DNA of 35,794 nt, taken from UHGV virus genome UHGV-0192366. One strand, given 5' to 3'. The position numbers and the translations under genes were made by a program. Source of the DNA: a virus. Every line of letters begins with the position of its first letter. The stretch's first letter is position 1. Below the pieces are notes generated by a model. It was given only the letters and a program-made list of their open reading frames with translations, did not search any database and was not told the DNA's origin. Positions 16,377 to 25,867 of the stretch are shown here, piece after piece.

Positions 16377-16761
16377 ACTTAGCCGCTCCTTTCAGTATAG
16401 AGTCTTTGTGACGATTTTTCATTCGCTCAAACCATCGTGATTTTTCCTTATGCTCATAATATTGTCTACGTGCATAAGGTGCAATCTGGTTGATCTCACC
16501 ACTGCCAATCACGGTGCCAAGGGTTGCTGACTTAACAAGTACTCCTGTCCGTCTTGGAGTCTCCGGGTTCATGCGCCGGATGCACTCAGAATCAACAAAC
16601 TCCTGTGCATTCGCAAAGCCAGATTCCATATTCGGCTTAAAGTTCGGATTCCAGTCAAGTCTCGCTATTGTCCTTCCTTTCAAATCTCCCTTGGAAATCG
16701 TGTAAGTTGATATCTTACCTCTCGGTGTCTCGATCTTAAATTTTTTCTTTCCTTTTGCCAC
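16360..16761 (-). CDS. minor capsid/HK97 gp10-like head-tail protein
   Basis: GTG start with a GGTGGGAG RBS. Position between the connector and tail genes. Basic N-terminus MAKGKKKFK. Confidence 0.4.
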   Translation of the reverse strand: MAKGKKKFKIETPRGKISTYTISKGDLKGRTIARLDWNPNFKPNMESGFANAQEFVDSECIRRMNPETPRRTGVLVKSATLGTVIGSGEINQIAPYARRQYYEHKEKSRWFERMKNRHKDSILKGAAKYVKSH

Positions 16762-17096
16762 TACACTCCCACCATCTTAATATGCGGATTGCCGCCAAAA
16801 GTATTGTAGTTTGCAGATGTAATCCTAGTCTTGTCCAGTCCGTCCAAGTCCTTAATCGTCTGCATGTCAACCTTACAATCGCCCTTTACAAGGTAATCGT
16901 CTTTCTTGATTCCCACGCTCGTATCCGGGATTCTGACTGTGTAGGTGTCTGCTTGCTTTAATCCATCTGTCGTGATCTGCGACTTTTCATTTTTGTACCA
17001 CCACACTTCCGGGATATATTCCCGTTCCCATTGATCCAGTCTTGTTTCCGGATCATACTGTCTGTGGTATATCGTAGCATCTGTATTGGTCAGCAT
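16761..17096 (-). CDS. head-tail joining/head closure protein (hypothetical)
   Basis: Preferred start ATG ~17096 with a GGGGGTGGAAG RBS and an ATGCTGA overlap with the upstream gene. The track shows an alternative start at 17168. Confidence 0.4.
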   Translation of the reverse strand: MLTNTDATIYHRQYDPETRLDQWEREYIPEVWWYKNEKSQITTDGLKQADTYTVRIPDTSVGIKKDDYLVKGDCKVDMQTIKDLDGLDKTRITSANYNTFGGNPHIKMVGV

Positions 17097-17476
17097 TCTT
17101 CCACCCCCGCATAGAGCAGACCTGTCGGTTCCAAGTATAGTTCCGCCGCCTGACACGCTTTCCGACATGACAATTCTTCTGATGTCTCATCAGCTGATTT
17201 TTCTTGTACATAGCTTACGGAATATCCATCCGTACTCTCCGATGCGATCCGTCTGCCACTGTTATTTTCTCGGCTTTTTTCATCCGAAATCAGTACATCA
17301 CAAACTGCACATACAGCAAGTTTCACCTCTTCCATTTCCGTGCAGTTGTCCGCACGCCCAAAGGTAATCCTCCGAACGTGGGCACTTGCTTTCACGATCT
17401 GCCTTTGAAATTCTTCTTCTGTGGCTCTTCCCTTATACTCCGTCATATAGAAGTTATAGTCCGCATACAAATTCAT
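17090..17476 (-). CDS. head-tail connector protein (gp6-like, Phage_connect_1)
   Basis: Located immediately after the capsid gene. GGAGTAGGAG RBS. Size and charge pattern typical of the family. Confidence 0.5.
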   Translation of the reverse strand: MNLYADYNFYMTEYKGRATEEEFQRQIVKASAHVRRITFGRADNCTEMEEVKLAVCAVCDVLISDEKSRENNSGRRIASESTDGYSVSYVQEKSADETSEELSCRKACQAAELYLEPTGLLYAGVEEC

Positions 17477-17488
17477 TCAGATCAACTC

Positions 17489-18346
17489 CTACTCCGCAGC
17501 AGTGTGCACATAGATAGCCACTTTCTTGTTATCTTTCGCCTCTGCGATACCTACGGTACGATATCCGAACTTCCAAGCATCTGCATCCTGGTTCTGATCC
17601 GGTGTGATGATCTTAGATACAGTGTGCTTCTGATTCTGGATTACTGCATTCTTGTCAACAATCAAGAAATCAATCTTCTTACCGCCTGTTGTTGTAAAGC
17701 CGCCGGCTCCAGATGCTGTCAACGTGACTTTGTCGAAAAATCTTCCCTCAGGAACTTCAATCACTCCAGCCCAGCCTTCCAGAACTTTCTTGGATGCCGT
17801 TGTATCAAGGTCCTCAATATCCCCTTTGAGTGCGGCAGAGATATACAGATAACAGGTTTCCGGCTTTGCCTCCGCATTTTTAATAGCAGTCTTGCCTTTT
17901 CTAATTGCTGCAATTCCGGCTTTCGCATCTGCAATCGCTGCTGCTACTTTATTAGCAGATGGTGCGTGTCCTGCATAAGATGCAAGTCTCCAAGCGTCAA
18001 GCTCCGGAACAACCTGTGTTCTCAAAAATTCTCCAGAAAGACGTCCGAAGGCAACGCCTGCAGACTCGATATTGTCCATAGCGTCCACAGTGAACATACG
18101 GCCTCGATCATAAGTACATTTCTTAGTCTCGTACTCAAGTGTCACGTCACCTGCAACATATCCTGTCTGCTTATTGTAATTTGCAAGACCGGACATCGTC
18201 ATTTTCGGAATCAAAATTTCATTTGCGTTTGCACCCTCTTTTACAAGTTCGTTTGGACCGTCTAATACGGCTGTAAGGGATGCCAGTTTATAAACCTCAT
18301 CAAGCATAGTAGAATATGCTTTTCTTAATGCAATTGTATTTGCCAT
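17489..18346 (-). CDS. major capsid protein
   Basis: 285 aa directly after the scaffold gene. Gene order and size fit a small HK97-fold capsid protein. Confidence 0.7.
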   Translation of the reverse strand: MANTIALRKAYSTMLDEVYKLASLTAVLDGPNELVKEGANANEILIPKMTMSGLANYNKQTGYVAGDVTLEYETKKCTYDRGRMFTVDAMDNIESAGVAFGRLSGEFLRTQVVPELDAWRLASYAGHAPSANKVAAAIADAKAGIAAIRKGKTAIKNAEAKPETCYLYISAALKGDIEDLDTTASKKVLEGWAGVIEVPEGRFFDKVTLTASGAGGFTTTGGKKIDFLIVDKNAVIQNQKHTVSKIITPDQNQDADAWKFGYRTVGIAEAKDNKKVAIYVHTAAE

Positions 18347-18373
18347 ATCTTTTTACCTCTTTCTTTCTAAAAA

Positions 18374-18922
18374 TTATTTTTCTGCCGGAAGTCCCATAGC
18401 CGCTCTGATTGCCGAGAAATTATCTCCACCTGTGCCAGAGCCGCCAGTTGCTCCCACTGCGTTTTTAAAAGGCTCATCAGAGCCAAATAAATAAGCATCG
18501 GACTCCTTTACGGTTTCCAATGCTCTTTTAATGTCCTCAGACTGGTTTTTTGATTCTTTCAAAGCATCCATATCAAGCATAGCCATGACTGCTTTTTCGT
18601 TGCGACCGCCGGCTGTCTTGATCGCTTCTTTGATCGTGTCGGAAAAGATGCGATCCGCTTCTTTTTCGGCATACTCAGCATCCTTGTCTTTCAGCTGTTG
18701 ATTCAGTTTGTTGATCTCGCCCTGCATAGCTGCTGGATCAACATCCTTAAACTTTTCCAGAGATTCTGTTGCAGTCTCAAGCTGACTCTTGTAATTGTCA
18801 CGCTCCCCCTCTGCTTTGGTTGTCTTTGCCTTTTCAGCGGCAATGTCTTTCCCGTTCTCTGCCATGATCTTATCAATAGCATCCTGTTCCAATCCAAGTC
18901 CTTTTAAAAATTCTGTTTTCAT
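18374..18922 (-). CDS. scaffolding protein (Phage_GP20-like)
   Basis: Likely start MKTEFLKGLGLEQDAIDKIMAENGKDI (ATG ~18922, AAAGGAG RBS). Charged helical coiled-coil sequence. Confidence 0.75.
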   Translation of the reverse strand: MKTEFLKGLGLEQDAIDKIMAENGKDIAAEKAKTTKAEGERDNYKSQLETATESLEKFKDVDPAAMQGEINKLNQQLKDKDAEYAEKEADRIFSDTIKEAIKTAGGRNEKAVMAMLDMDALKESKNQSEDIKRALETVKESDAYLFGSDEPFKNAVGATGGSGTGGDNFSAIRAAMGLPAEK

Positions 18923-19071
18923 GTTTCTGATCTCCTTTCGCATTAGGTTATTTTTAGGTGTGTAACCATCCACCACGAATTGACTGTTTAAGGTCTCATC
19001 TACTGACCAAAAAGGCATAAAAATAACACATATCTCTATGTGCCAATGTCTTACCTATTCAATTTTTACTC

Positions 19072-19170
19072 CTAAAGTAACGCCTGTACCTGTTCTTTTA
19101 AGCTCTCCGGTACATCATCAATTGTCAAGTGTCCACCTTTGATTCGGTTTGCTAAAAACTGTGCCATCAT
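19072..19170 (-). CDS. 32-aa ORF coupled to the upstream gene (MMAQFLANRIKGGHLTIDDVPESLKEQVQALL)
   Basis: GGAGGTG RBS. ATGA overlap with the stop of the 96-aa ORF. Confidence 0.3.
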   Translation of the reverse strand: MMAQFLANRIKGGHLTIDDVPESLKEQVQALL

Positions 19171-19457
19171 TTCACCTCCGCTTCCATCGTTGCTAAAATC
19201 AGTTCCTGTACCGCCTGATCTGTGACTTCCTGTGCTGCCTGTGTTGCTTTCAGGTCATTCTGCAATTTCCCATAGGCGCTCATTCCGTCATCGACAGCTT
19301 CATATTCTTTGATTACATTCTCTTCTGTTTCTGTATATCCAACAAAGACAAGGTTGCTAAATCCCTCCGGTTTCTCTTCCTTGAGTGGTTTGTAGCCCTC
19401 TTTCTTGATGGAGCTGATTCTCACAGTTCCGTTTTCCATAATTTTTGCATAGTTCAT
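19167..19457 (-). CDS. hypothetical protein (96 aa) in the head module
   Basis: Clean ORF coupled to the 393-aa gene. Confidence 0.5.
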   Translation of the reverse strand: MNYAKIMENGTVRISSIKKEGYKPLKEEKPEGFSNLVFVGYTETEENVIKEYEAVDDGMSAYGKLQNDLKATQAAQEVTDQAVQELILATMEAEVK

Positions 19458-19458
19458 T

Positions 19459-20640
19459 TTAAATCTCCTTTCGATAGGTTACTTTAATATCTGGGTCAAC
19501 TTCTCCACCATCCACCGTGATTACTGTGGTAGGGTAGTAGGTTTTTAAGGCTCGGATAGCATCTTGCTCGGATTGTGGAAGGGGGACGAATTCGGTGGTT
19601 TCTGATTTTCCGATAATATTGAGTGGGTATTCTTTCAATTTTGCTCTAATTTCAGAAGCTGTTTTCCCGTAAAACTCTTGAGTGTTAAGCGTATAAAGCC
19701 CATTATTATTGCCATTCCCGAATAAGACAAATGGTTCCCCGTTCGACATTCTCTTTGCATACAACTTGTCGCAATATCCAGTTTTTTCTTTCTTGTCAAT
19801 ATTTTTGACTCTAAAAAAGAATCCGTTGGGCGGATACAAAGAAAGGCTAATGGTTTCATCAATTGTTGCTATCACGCTCCCATACAACCACCCAATCTCT
19901 CCACCCTGCTCTACCAGTCTGTCCCACTTTGTTATTGGGCGGTCGGATGTGAGAGTGAGGACTTGTTCTTTACTCCAATTCTGCTCGGCGTTGGTAATTT
20001 TCACATTCACTTCATACTTCTGCTTCTCATCATTCCACTTCCCAGAGTTTTTAATTTCCTGCGGATATTCTGGGCTTGGGGATGGTTTACCGCCTGTGTA
20101 GGGTTCGTAAGGAGTGGCAGTAGTTCCTGTTTCTAGTTGTATCTCTTTAATGGTTGTCGTCACTCCTTGTGACGAGTCGTGTCCAGATGAGGCATAAAAT
20201 AGCACTTTTACCGCTTTTCCGGTAAGTGTAAATGTTTTACTTTGCCTTCCACCTTGTTTAATAGTCCCGCCACCAATGTTTTGATTTTGTTCATTATAAA
20301 AGGCAAATAGACTTTCTGATGCACTCTTGTCATTAGAAAATATAGCAGACAATGTATATGTGCCTGTTTGTATTGGATTATCAAGCATTACATATTTCAC
20401 TCCACTTACTATAACAGTGCTATCTGATCTCCATAAGTTCACACCTCTTGTATTAAGCTGTTCCGTTTTCCCACCAAGCTCCAACCTCTCAAGCGGCGCA
20501 TCCAAGCTGTTTGGCAGTACCAACATCCCTGTACCCTCTAGCTCTACCCTGTCATAATTAGGTGGCTGCGGAGTGGAGACTCCTAAAGGGCAGATCATAT
20601 CCACTCCTATGATTCCTGTTCCATCTACCATTTTAAGCAT
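19459..20640 (-). CDS. hypothetical two-domain beta-rich protein (393 aa) inserted in the head module; candidate head fibre/decoration or moron
   Basis: AAAGGAG RBS. Pro-rich linker PYEPYTGGKPSPSPEYPQ between two beta-rich halves. No motif I can assign. Confidence 0.6.
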   Translation of the reverse strand: MLKMVDGTGIIGVDMICPLGVSTPQPPNYDRVELEGTGMLVLPNSLDAPLERLELGGKTEQLNTRGVNLWRSDSTVIVSGVKYVMLDNPIQTGTYTLSAIFSNDKSASESLFAFYNEQNQNIGGGTIKQGGRQSKTFTLTGKAVKVLFYASSGHDSSQGVTTTIKEIQLETGTTATPYEPYTGGKPSPSPEYPQEIKNSGKWNDEKQKYEVNVKITNAEQNWSKEQVLTLTSDRPITKWDRLVEQGGEIGWLYGSVIATIDETISLSLYPPNGFFFRVKNIDKKEKTGYCDKLYAKRMSNGEPFVLFGNGNNNGLYTLNTQEFYGKTASEIRAKLKEYPLNIIGKSETTEFVPLPQSEQDAIRALKTYYPTTVITVDGGEVDPDIKVTYRKEI

Positions 20641-20906
20641 TGTACTTCTACTCCTTTTTCGCTGGTTGCTGTGGGGATGATCTGGACGAGGTTACTCTTT
20701 CCACCGCCGTAAGAACCGTACTGCAATCGCTGTGCAGTCTGCGCCGGAATCAGTACACTTTGTTCTTTTGTCGCGTCCCTTTCCAGAGATGCGTAGATAT
20801 CACCGTCCGTGAAATTCTTGACCAGAAATTCTGATGATGCCACCTCAAATTCAAAAATCAATGTTGCTTCCGCTGTCGGTTGTCTGATTACTTTTACTTT
20901 ACTCAT
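20625..20906 (-). CDS. hypothetical protein (93 aa) in the head module
   Basis: AGGAGG RBS. Lies between the minor head gene and the 393-aa gene. Confidence 0.5.
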   Translation of the reverse strand: MSKVKVIRQPTAEATLIFEFEVASSEFLVKNFTDGDIYASLERDATKEQSVLIPAQTAQRLQYGSYGGGKSNLVQIIPTATSEKGVEVQCLKW

Positions 20907-20920
20907 TTCTGCCTCCTAAA

Positions 20921-22093
20921 TCATTTTGGTACAGGTGCCACTCTGCCGCGCATATCGTAATAGATACGCTCACGTTCTTGATGCAGCCCCATTCGTTTAC
21001 AAAATCTGGTGTACTCCCCGAGTTGTCCTTGATACTTCGCTTTCGCGATTATTACATCGTCTGGGTCAGCTCCACCCTGTTTTAACAGCACAGCCTTTTC
21101 TCTCTGTGCTCTCATTGCTGTTTCCATTTTCCTCTGTTGCTGTTTGGCTTCGTATAAGGTGTATTCCTTGCCGTTAAATGTCTTAGGTATACTTTCCTTG
21201 CGGTTTTGCTCTGCAAGCCAAGAATCAGACCAATTCCGCTCTGACACGCCCTTTACGAAAGGGTAATATTCGTGGTAACAGTTTACTCCAAGTAGTCCGG
21301 TGACTGTTCCAAGACCGCATACCGTAACAAGTTCTTTTTTACTCCACACCTTACCTTGCCAGACGGCGTGTGATGGTCTCGCTCCGGCGTGCCATTCCAC
21401 CTCAAAATAATCTGTTCCAAGCTTTTTGGCGTTCATTTCCGTGATTTTCCCAGTAAGCTGTGATACTCCTGTCATAACCGCTCTCCTTGCCGCCACGTCT
21501 ACCCTGCTATGCCACCCGGAAGCGTAATCAATGCTCCTGAGTCCGCTGTTTGTGAGCTGAGTGACCACCTTGCGAATCATGGTATTATAATCAAATGCGC
21601 CGTAAACCACGCCTGTAATAGCCTTATCAAGGTATCCTTGGTAGATGTCAGATAATGGAGTCATAACAAGCCTACCGCCGCCGTAGTCCACATAAAACCC
21701 CATGGACTTTGTGACATTCCGCAGATCATCATTGCTCTGCTGGATAAAGCCGTCTGTAAGCTGTTGCAACTCCTTATTATCCTCGTAGGGTATATATTCC
21801 GCATTGACCTGCTCGTAGATGTCTTTATTGCGGACATATTCCCAATCAATAACCTTGTCATACAGCTCAAACACTTCCGGATATGATAGGTTCAGCGCGG
21901 TTTTTATCATCTTTTCGATGTCCTCAGAAGAGTATCCGATAATCTGCAACCGGTTAATCTGCCAGTCTGCCGTGCTTGTAATTTTCCCGGCTTTTTTGAT
22001 TCTGCGAACAATGTCCTCAAGAATCATATGCTCCAAGTCCAGAAAATGCTTTTCAATCTGGCCGGATAGTTGTTTCTTGTAGTCCTCTCTCAA
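20921..22093 (-). CDS. minor head protein (Mu F-like / SPP1 gp7 family)
   Basis: GWHSRVDVAARRAVMTGVSQ and downstream motifs are typical of Phage_Mu_F. Located after the portal. Start may be TTG at 22093 or an internal ATG. Confidence 0.75.
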   Translation of the reverse strand: MREDYKKQLSGQIEKHFLDLEHMILEDIVRRIKKAGKITSTADWQINRLQIIGYSSEDIEKMIKTALNLSYPEVFELYDKVIDWEYVRNKDIYEQVNAEYIPYEDNKELQQLTDGFIQQSNDDLRNVTKSMGFYVDYGGGRLVMTPLSDIYQGYLDKAITGVVYGAFDYNTMIRKVVTQLTNSGLRSIDYASGWHSRVDVAARRAVMTGVSQLTGKITEMNAKKLGTDYFEVEWHAGARPSHAVWQGKVWSKKELVTVCGLGTVTGLLGVNCYHEYYPFVKGVSERNWSDSWLAEQNRKESIPKTFNGKEYTLYEAKQQQRKMETAMRAQREKAVLLKQGGADPDDVIIAKAKYQGQLGEYTRFCKRMGLHQERERIYYDMRGRVAPVPK

Positions 22094-22102
22094 TTAGATC
22101 AC

Positions 22103-23455
22103 CTACTCCATGACTTGGTTCTGTTCCGGCAACATCTTTTTCGCTGTGGCTTCGTCCTCGTTGTACCATTTCATGCGGTATTCCAAGTGCGACATCACGC
22201 CCATACTCACGTCCTGTCTATCCTGCTGACGCTCTGTTTCCTCATCGGTCAGAATGGAATCATTAAACTTGCAAGAGAACTCATATCCCGAATTAAGCAT
22301 ACTGTTGTAGAATGCAAGCCCGGCGGCGAAGTCTTCCAAACAATCATATAGATTGTTCTGGATTGCCGTCACTCTGTTGTACTTCCGGTTCTTTGATGCT
22401 TTAATTTCCGTGGCTGTCTTTGCCACTTCCTGTGCATCTGACAGGTCTCCATAAGCAAGTCCTACAGAAAATTCAATCTCACGCTTGTATTCCTCCAACC
22501 CGCGCTTAAAGGCTTCGTCCCTCATTTCTGGGGAGTATTCCTTTAACAGTTCTTGGTCTTTCCCAGCATCCAGATTCATTCCCCGGTACAGTTTGTTTTT
22601 AAGTTTCGGTAGTCCAAACTTGCCAGTTGCCTTGTCTTGCTTAAGCGCTCTATTATCCACATGGATAGCACGCTCGCCCGATTCGTATTCCCAGTCAAGC
22701 CTTGCCCCCTGTGTATCCGCTTTCCGAATCAGTTCAGCGGCAGATTCATATACTGATACACCGCAGGCAGAACCATCCACCTTGTTTTTAATTGGATTCC
22801 TGTAATATCCGAAGTCCATTCGATTCATGCCGGGGTATGTAATCGGTCCAGATAGGATATTTTCCCACTCTTCCACTGCTTCTAAGCTGCACGGAAGACC
22901 GATATCATTCGCTGTCTGGGAGTGAAAACACTTGTTTTCTATGGTCAGATTCCCATCCACAAAATAGTGTCGTTCAAGCCTTGTGAAATAATCAGCATCA
23001 CCAACCTTTTTTACGGTCAGAAATGCAATATCATTCGGCTTTCCATCATCCCCAAAACTGATCGGTATGATCTTGTCGGCTGAGACAAATTCTGCAGCCG
23101 CTTCCCCAAGTGGTTTCAAAACGAATGACCCAAGCGCAAGCCCTTCTTGCAGGCTTTCGTTCAGACTTGCGATATTCTTCTGATAGATCTTGTCCAGACG
23201 TTCATTTGTCACACTGGTTTCTATTTCCACAAGCGCGCAGTCTGCAAACTCTCGGCAGATTCCGTCTTCAATTCCAAGGGAAACAATGCTATCAGAAATC
23301 CAATCTGCATCCCCATTTAACATCTGTCTCCATCTGTTGATTGCATCTATCATGTCGTTGGATAGTGCGATATCCTTGCCGATGATCTGTTTTAATGTCG
23401 TATATCCAAACATCCTCATGATTCCTTTCCATAATCTCTTAATTCCATCAAACAT
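22103..23455 (-). CDS. portal protein (SPP1 gp6-like)
   Basis: 450 aa immediately after terL with overlap. GAGGTGGAAG RBS. Confidence 0.75.
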   Translation of the reverse strand: MFDGIKRLWKGIMRMFGYTTLKQIIGKDIALSNDMIDAINRWRQMLNGDADWISDSIVSLGIEDGICREFADCALVEIETSVTNERLDKIYQKNIASLNESLQEGLALGSFVLKPLGEAAAEFVSADKIIPISFGDDGKPNDIAFLTVKKVGDADYFTRLERHYFVDGNLTIENKCFHSQTANDIGLPCSLEAVEEWENILSGPITYPGMNRMDFGYYRNPIKNKVDGSACGVSVYESAAELIRKADTQGARLDWEYESGERAIHVDNRALKQDKATGKFGLPKLKNKLYRGMNLDAGKDQELLKEYSPEMRDEAFKRGLEEYKREIEFSVGLAYGDLSDAQEVAKTATEIKASKNRKYNRVTAIQNNLYDCLEDFAAGLAFYNSMLNSGYEFSCKFNDSILTDEETERQQDRQDVSMGVMSHLEYRMKWYNEDEATAKKMLPEQNQVME

Positions 23456-24782
23456 CTTCCACCTCTTCGATTAGGTATTTCATATCGCGCTCGATTGTAT
23501 ATTCAAATGCATCCAAGCTGTCAATGTCAGTGCTGCCGTCATCCAGACGTTCATCCTTCCCAACAGCTTCTTTGTTCCAGACCGCATCTGAAAAAGCGGT
23601 TTGCAGAGATTCGCAGTCTTTTGTAATAAAAAACCGCCCAGCCCCCATGAGCTTGACGGTGCATCTGATCCTGTCGTTGATTGGTCTTTTCTTTGCTGGT
23701 TTGACAGCGATCCACGGATATTCTTTTTCTACGGCGTTTCGGATGGAATTACCAAGTACTGTCTCCGCATTGTCCCAGAATACGGATTCTACGTTGCAAT
23801 ACTGCACGTAATCACCTCTTTTCACACATACCGAATATTGTTCTATTACTTCTCTGATAAATTCGCAAAACAACTCATTCAACCTATTGCTGTCGATGTC
23901 TTCTTTTTCATCTTTCGCCGTGATTCTACGTGATTTTAGCGCAATTACATCTCTGTAATTATCCGTATACCCTCTGGCAACGAACGAGTGACCAGATTGA
24001 TTACCACCGAAGTCCAAACCGATCTCGATTGATGTGATATCCTCTTTTCGGAATTGCTTATACTCTGATTCCTGCGAGATATTATCCACGATTTCGCACC
24101 GGAACGCTTCTGGATTGTCTGCAAACCGCTTGTAAATCGATCCGTCAGCTCTTTTCCATAGGCCAAGAATGAGACGGTCATAGTAGATTGTCCCCTCGTA
24201 CTCTTTGCAGAGATCCTCAACAAATCCAGGATTTAGAAATGGATTATCAAATATGGTGTACTTTTGTAGATATATATCTAGCTCCACATTGTCTATAAAC
24301 TCTTTCAACCAATGTGTGGGGTGTTCCGGGTTACAAGCCCCATCAAAGCAGGAATACGGTTTATCAAGACGGGATTTTAACATCTGGAAGACTTCTTTGT
24401 TCCATTTCGCAATCTCATCCCCGTAACAATATTTGATGGATGCTCCCTGTATCTTCGCAACCTGGCTGACCTTTTCTGCGCCGAGACAATAGACATCCTC
24501 GCCGCATACTCTAGCCACATTCCGGTTATTGATGTTCCCGATCAGGTCGCTGGTATAGATTTCTCTCATCGGTTGCAGGACATTTCGTTCTATGGATTCT
24601 TTCGAGACTCCCATGATTACATTTAATCCTGGCTTTCCTGCTCTTTCCCGGATTCTATGCGGTACGATATAAGCAGTATCGACAAAAGACTTTCCAGAAC
24701 GCACCGCTCCAGACTTGATATTCCATCTGTGCGTTGCGTTAATTATGTACTCATTTTGTTTCTGGCTTAGCTGCATTGTCAT
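23448..24782 (-). CDS. terL: terminase large subunit (PBSX family)
   Basis: N-terminal Walker-A-like AVRSGKS, conserved ATPase and nuclease regions, 444 aa. Overlaps terS. Confidence 0.85.
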   Translation of the reverse strand: MTMQLSQKQNEYIINATHRWNIKSGAVRSGKSFVDTAYIVPHRIRERAGKPGLNVIMGVSKESIERNVLQPMREIYTSDLIGNINNRNVARVCGEDVYCLGAEKVSQVAKIQGASIKYCYGDEIAKWNKEVFQMLKSRLDKPYSCFDGACNPEHPTHWLKEFIDNVELDIYLQKYTIFDNPFLNPGFVEDLCKEYEGTIYYDRLILGLWKRADGSIYKRFADNPEAFRCEIVDNISQESEYKQFRKEDITSIEIGLDFGGNQSGHSFVARGYTDNYRDVIALKSRRITAKDEKEDIDSNRLNELFCEFIREVIEQYSVCVKRGDYVQYCNVESVFWDNAETVLGNSIRNAVEKEYPWIAVKPAKKRPINDRIRCTVKLMGAGRFFITKDCESLQTAFSDAVWNKEAVGKDERLDDGSTDIDSLDAFEYTIERDMKYLIEEVEDV

Positions 24783-25218
24783 GCAATCCTTTCAAGATTT
24801 CATCCAGCTTCTCAATCGCTGTCCTATCTTCATATTCCTGCTTATCTCTCCACTTGTCCGGTTTCCGGTTCTTCAACCAGAAGATCTGGGCTGTAGTGTC
24901 CGGCGCTACTTGCTTTGTGACCTTTTTCGTAGTTTTCATTTCATCGAATTCCGGTATATATTCTCTGGTCGTTTCCGTGTACTCATATCCAAGCGCACGT
25001 TTTAGCAAAGCATTCTCGACTTGACGATCAACGACCTCTTTTCCTCTTTTTAGGGTGTCCGAAATGTCCGAATACTTGTCTTTCCAGCTATTTAATGTGC
25101 TTCTGGAAATCCCGATATTATCTGCAATCTGCTCATCTGTCAAGCCATCTCTCGCCCATCCCTCTATCTTCAGCAAGCCTTCCGGCTCTAGCCACTCTTG
25201 ATATTTACCTTTTGCCAT
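24751..25218 (-). CDS. terS: terminase small subunit (P27/Terminase_4 family)
   Basis: MAKGKYQEWLEPEGLLKIEGWARDGLTDEQIADNIGISRSTLNSW (HTH). ATG ~25218 with a GGTGGTGAG RBS (the track start at 25230 is GTG). Confidence 0.75.
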   Translation of the reverse strand: MAKGKYQEWLEPEGLLKIEGWARDGLTDEQIADNIGISRSTLNSWKDKYSDISDTLKRGKEVVDRQVENALLKRALGYEYTETTREYIPEFDEMKTTKKVTKQVAPDTTAQIFWLKNRKPDKWRDKQEYEDRTAIEKLDEILKGLHDNAAKPETK

Positions 25219-25276
25219 CCGACTCACCACCTTTATAGCATAATAAAAGCACCCATCTCTGGATGCTAAGAATTTA

Positions 25277-25377
25277 GGACTACTGCAAAATAAGAATTAA
25301 TAACGCCAACAAAAACCAAAATAACCAAATACACAATCAAAATTTATAAGAAAAAAGGAGGAACCTTGCAGTAGTCC
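25277..25377. repeat. 12-bp perfect inverted repeat GGACTACTGCAA / TTGCAGTAGTCC flanking a 77-nt A-rich spacer between tRNA-Asn and terS
   Basis: Arms at ~25277-25288 and ~25366-25377. Confidence 0.5.
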
Positions 25378-25381
25378 ACAA

Positions 25382-25454
25382 CGGGTATAGCAGGATTCGA
25401 ACCTGCGACAAATCGGTTAACAGCCGATCGCTCTACCAACTGAGCTATACACCC
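25382..25454 (-). tRNA. tRNA-Asn (anticodon GTT), phage-encoded
   Basis: Canonical cloverleaf read manually: acceptor GGGTGTA/TATACCC, D-arm GCTCAGTTGGTAGAGC, anticodon stem-loop ATCGG-CTGTTAA-CCGAT, T-arm GCAGGTTCGAATCCTGC. CCA not encoded. Confidence 0.8.
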
Positions 25455-25648
25455 GTAGGATGCCTTTTATTGACATCCTTAACCCTATCCGCACTCGGGT
25501 ACTGACACTAAATATAGATTGCTGAATCTATTTTTGTTTGTTTCGCAGATCTGCGGATATCTGCGTTTTGGTACCATTTGTGATGTAAGTCCGGTGTGCA
25601 CTCCCAGAACAGACCTCAGCTGTGCAGCCTGTATACTCACATCACAAA

Positions 25649-25720
25649 GCGGAGCACTTGGAATCGAACCAAGGACACAGGGCGCGACCCTGCGCGTCTA
25701 CCACTGATGCTATACTCCGC
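25649..25720 (-). ncRNA. non-canonical tRNA-like gene (perfect acceptor, D and T arms; anticodon arm CAGGG-TCGCG-CCCTG with a 5-nt loop)
   Basis: GCGGAGTATAGCATCAGTGGTAGACGCGCAGGGTCGCGCCCTGTGTCCTTGGTTCGATTCCAAGTGCTCCGC. T-arm CTTGGTTCGATTCCAAG and acceptor pairing are intact. The anticodon loop is too short. Possible G-1:C73. Confidence 0.5.
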
Positions 25721-25867
25721 ATAAAAACACCGCCAGACAAGAAAGGGTAGAAGTCTGACGGTGTTCCGAATGTTCGGAAAGAAAGTTAATTGCTAGAACT
25801 TAACTTTTAACTCCATGTTATACTATAAACTCCTAAAAGCGAAAAATGTGAAAAAAACGAAATAACT

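Noticed and set aside
17090-17476. Long overlap (79 nt) between track ORFs 16761..17168 and 17090..17476 as evidence of a programmed frameshift
   Set aside because: A downstream ATG (~17096) with a GGGGGTGGAAG RBS and an ATGCTGA start/stop overlap explains the arrangement without invoking a frameshift.
25519-25707. Track ORF 25519..25707 (+)
   Set aside because: It overlaps the antisense strand of the tRNA-like gene and the intergenic spacer and has no RBS. Incompatible with the RNA genes.
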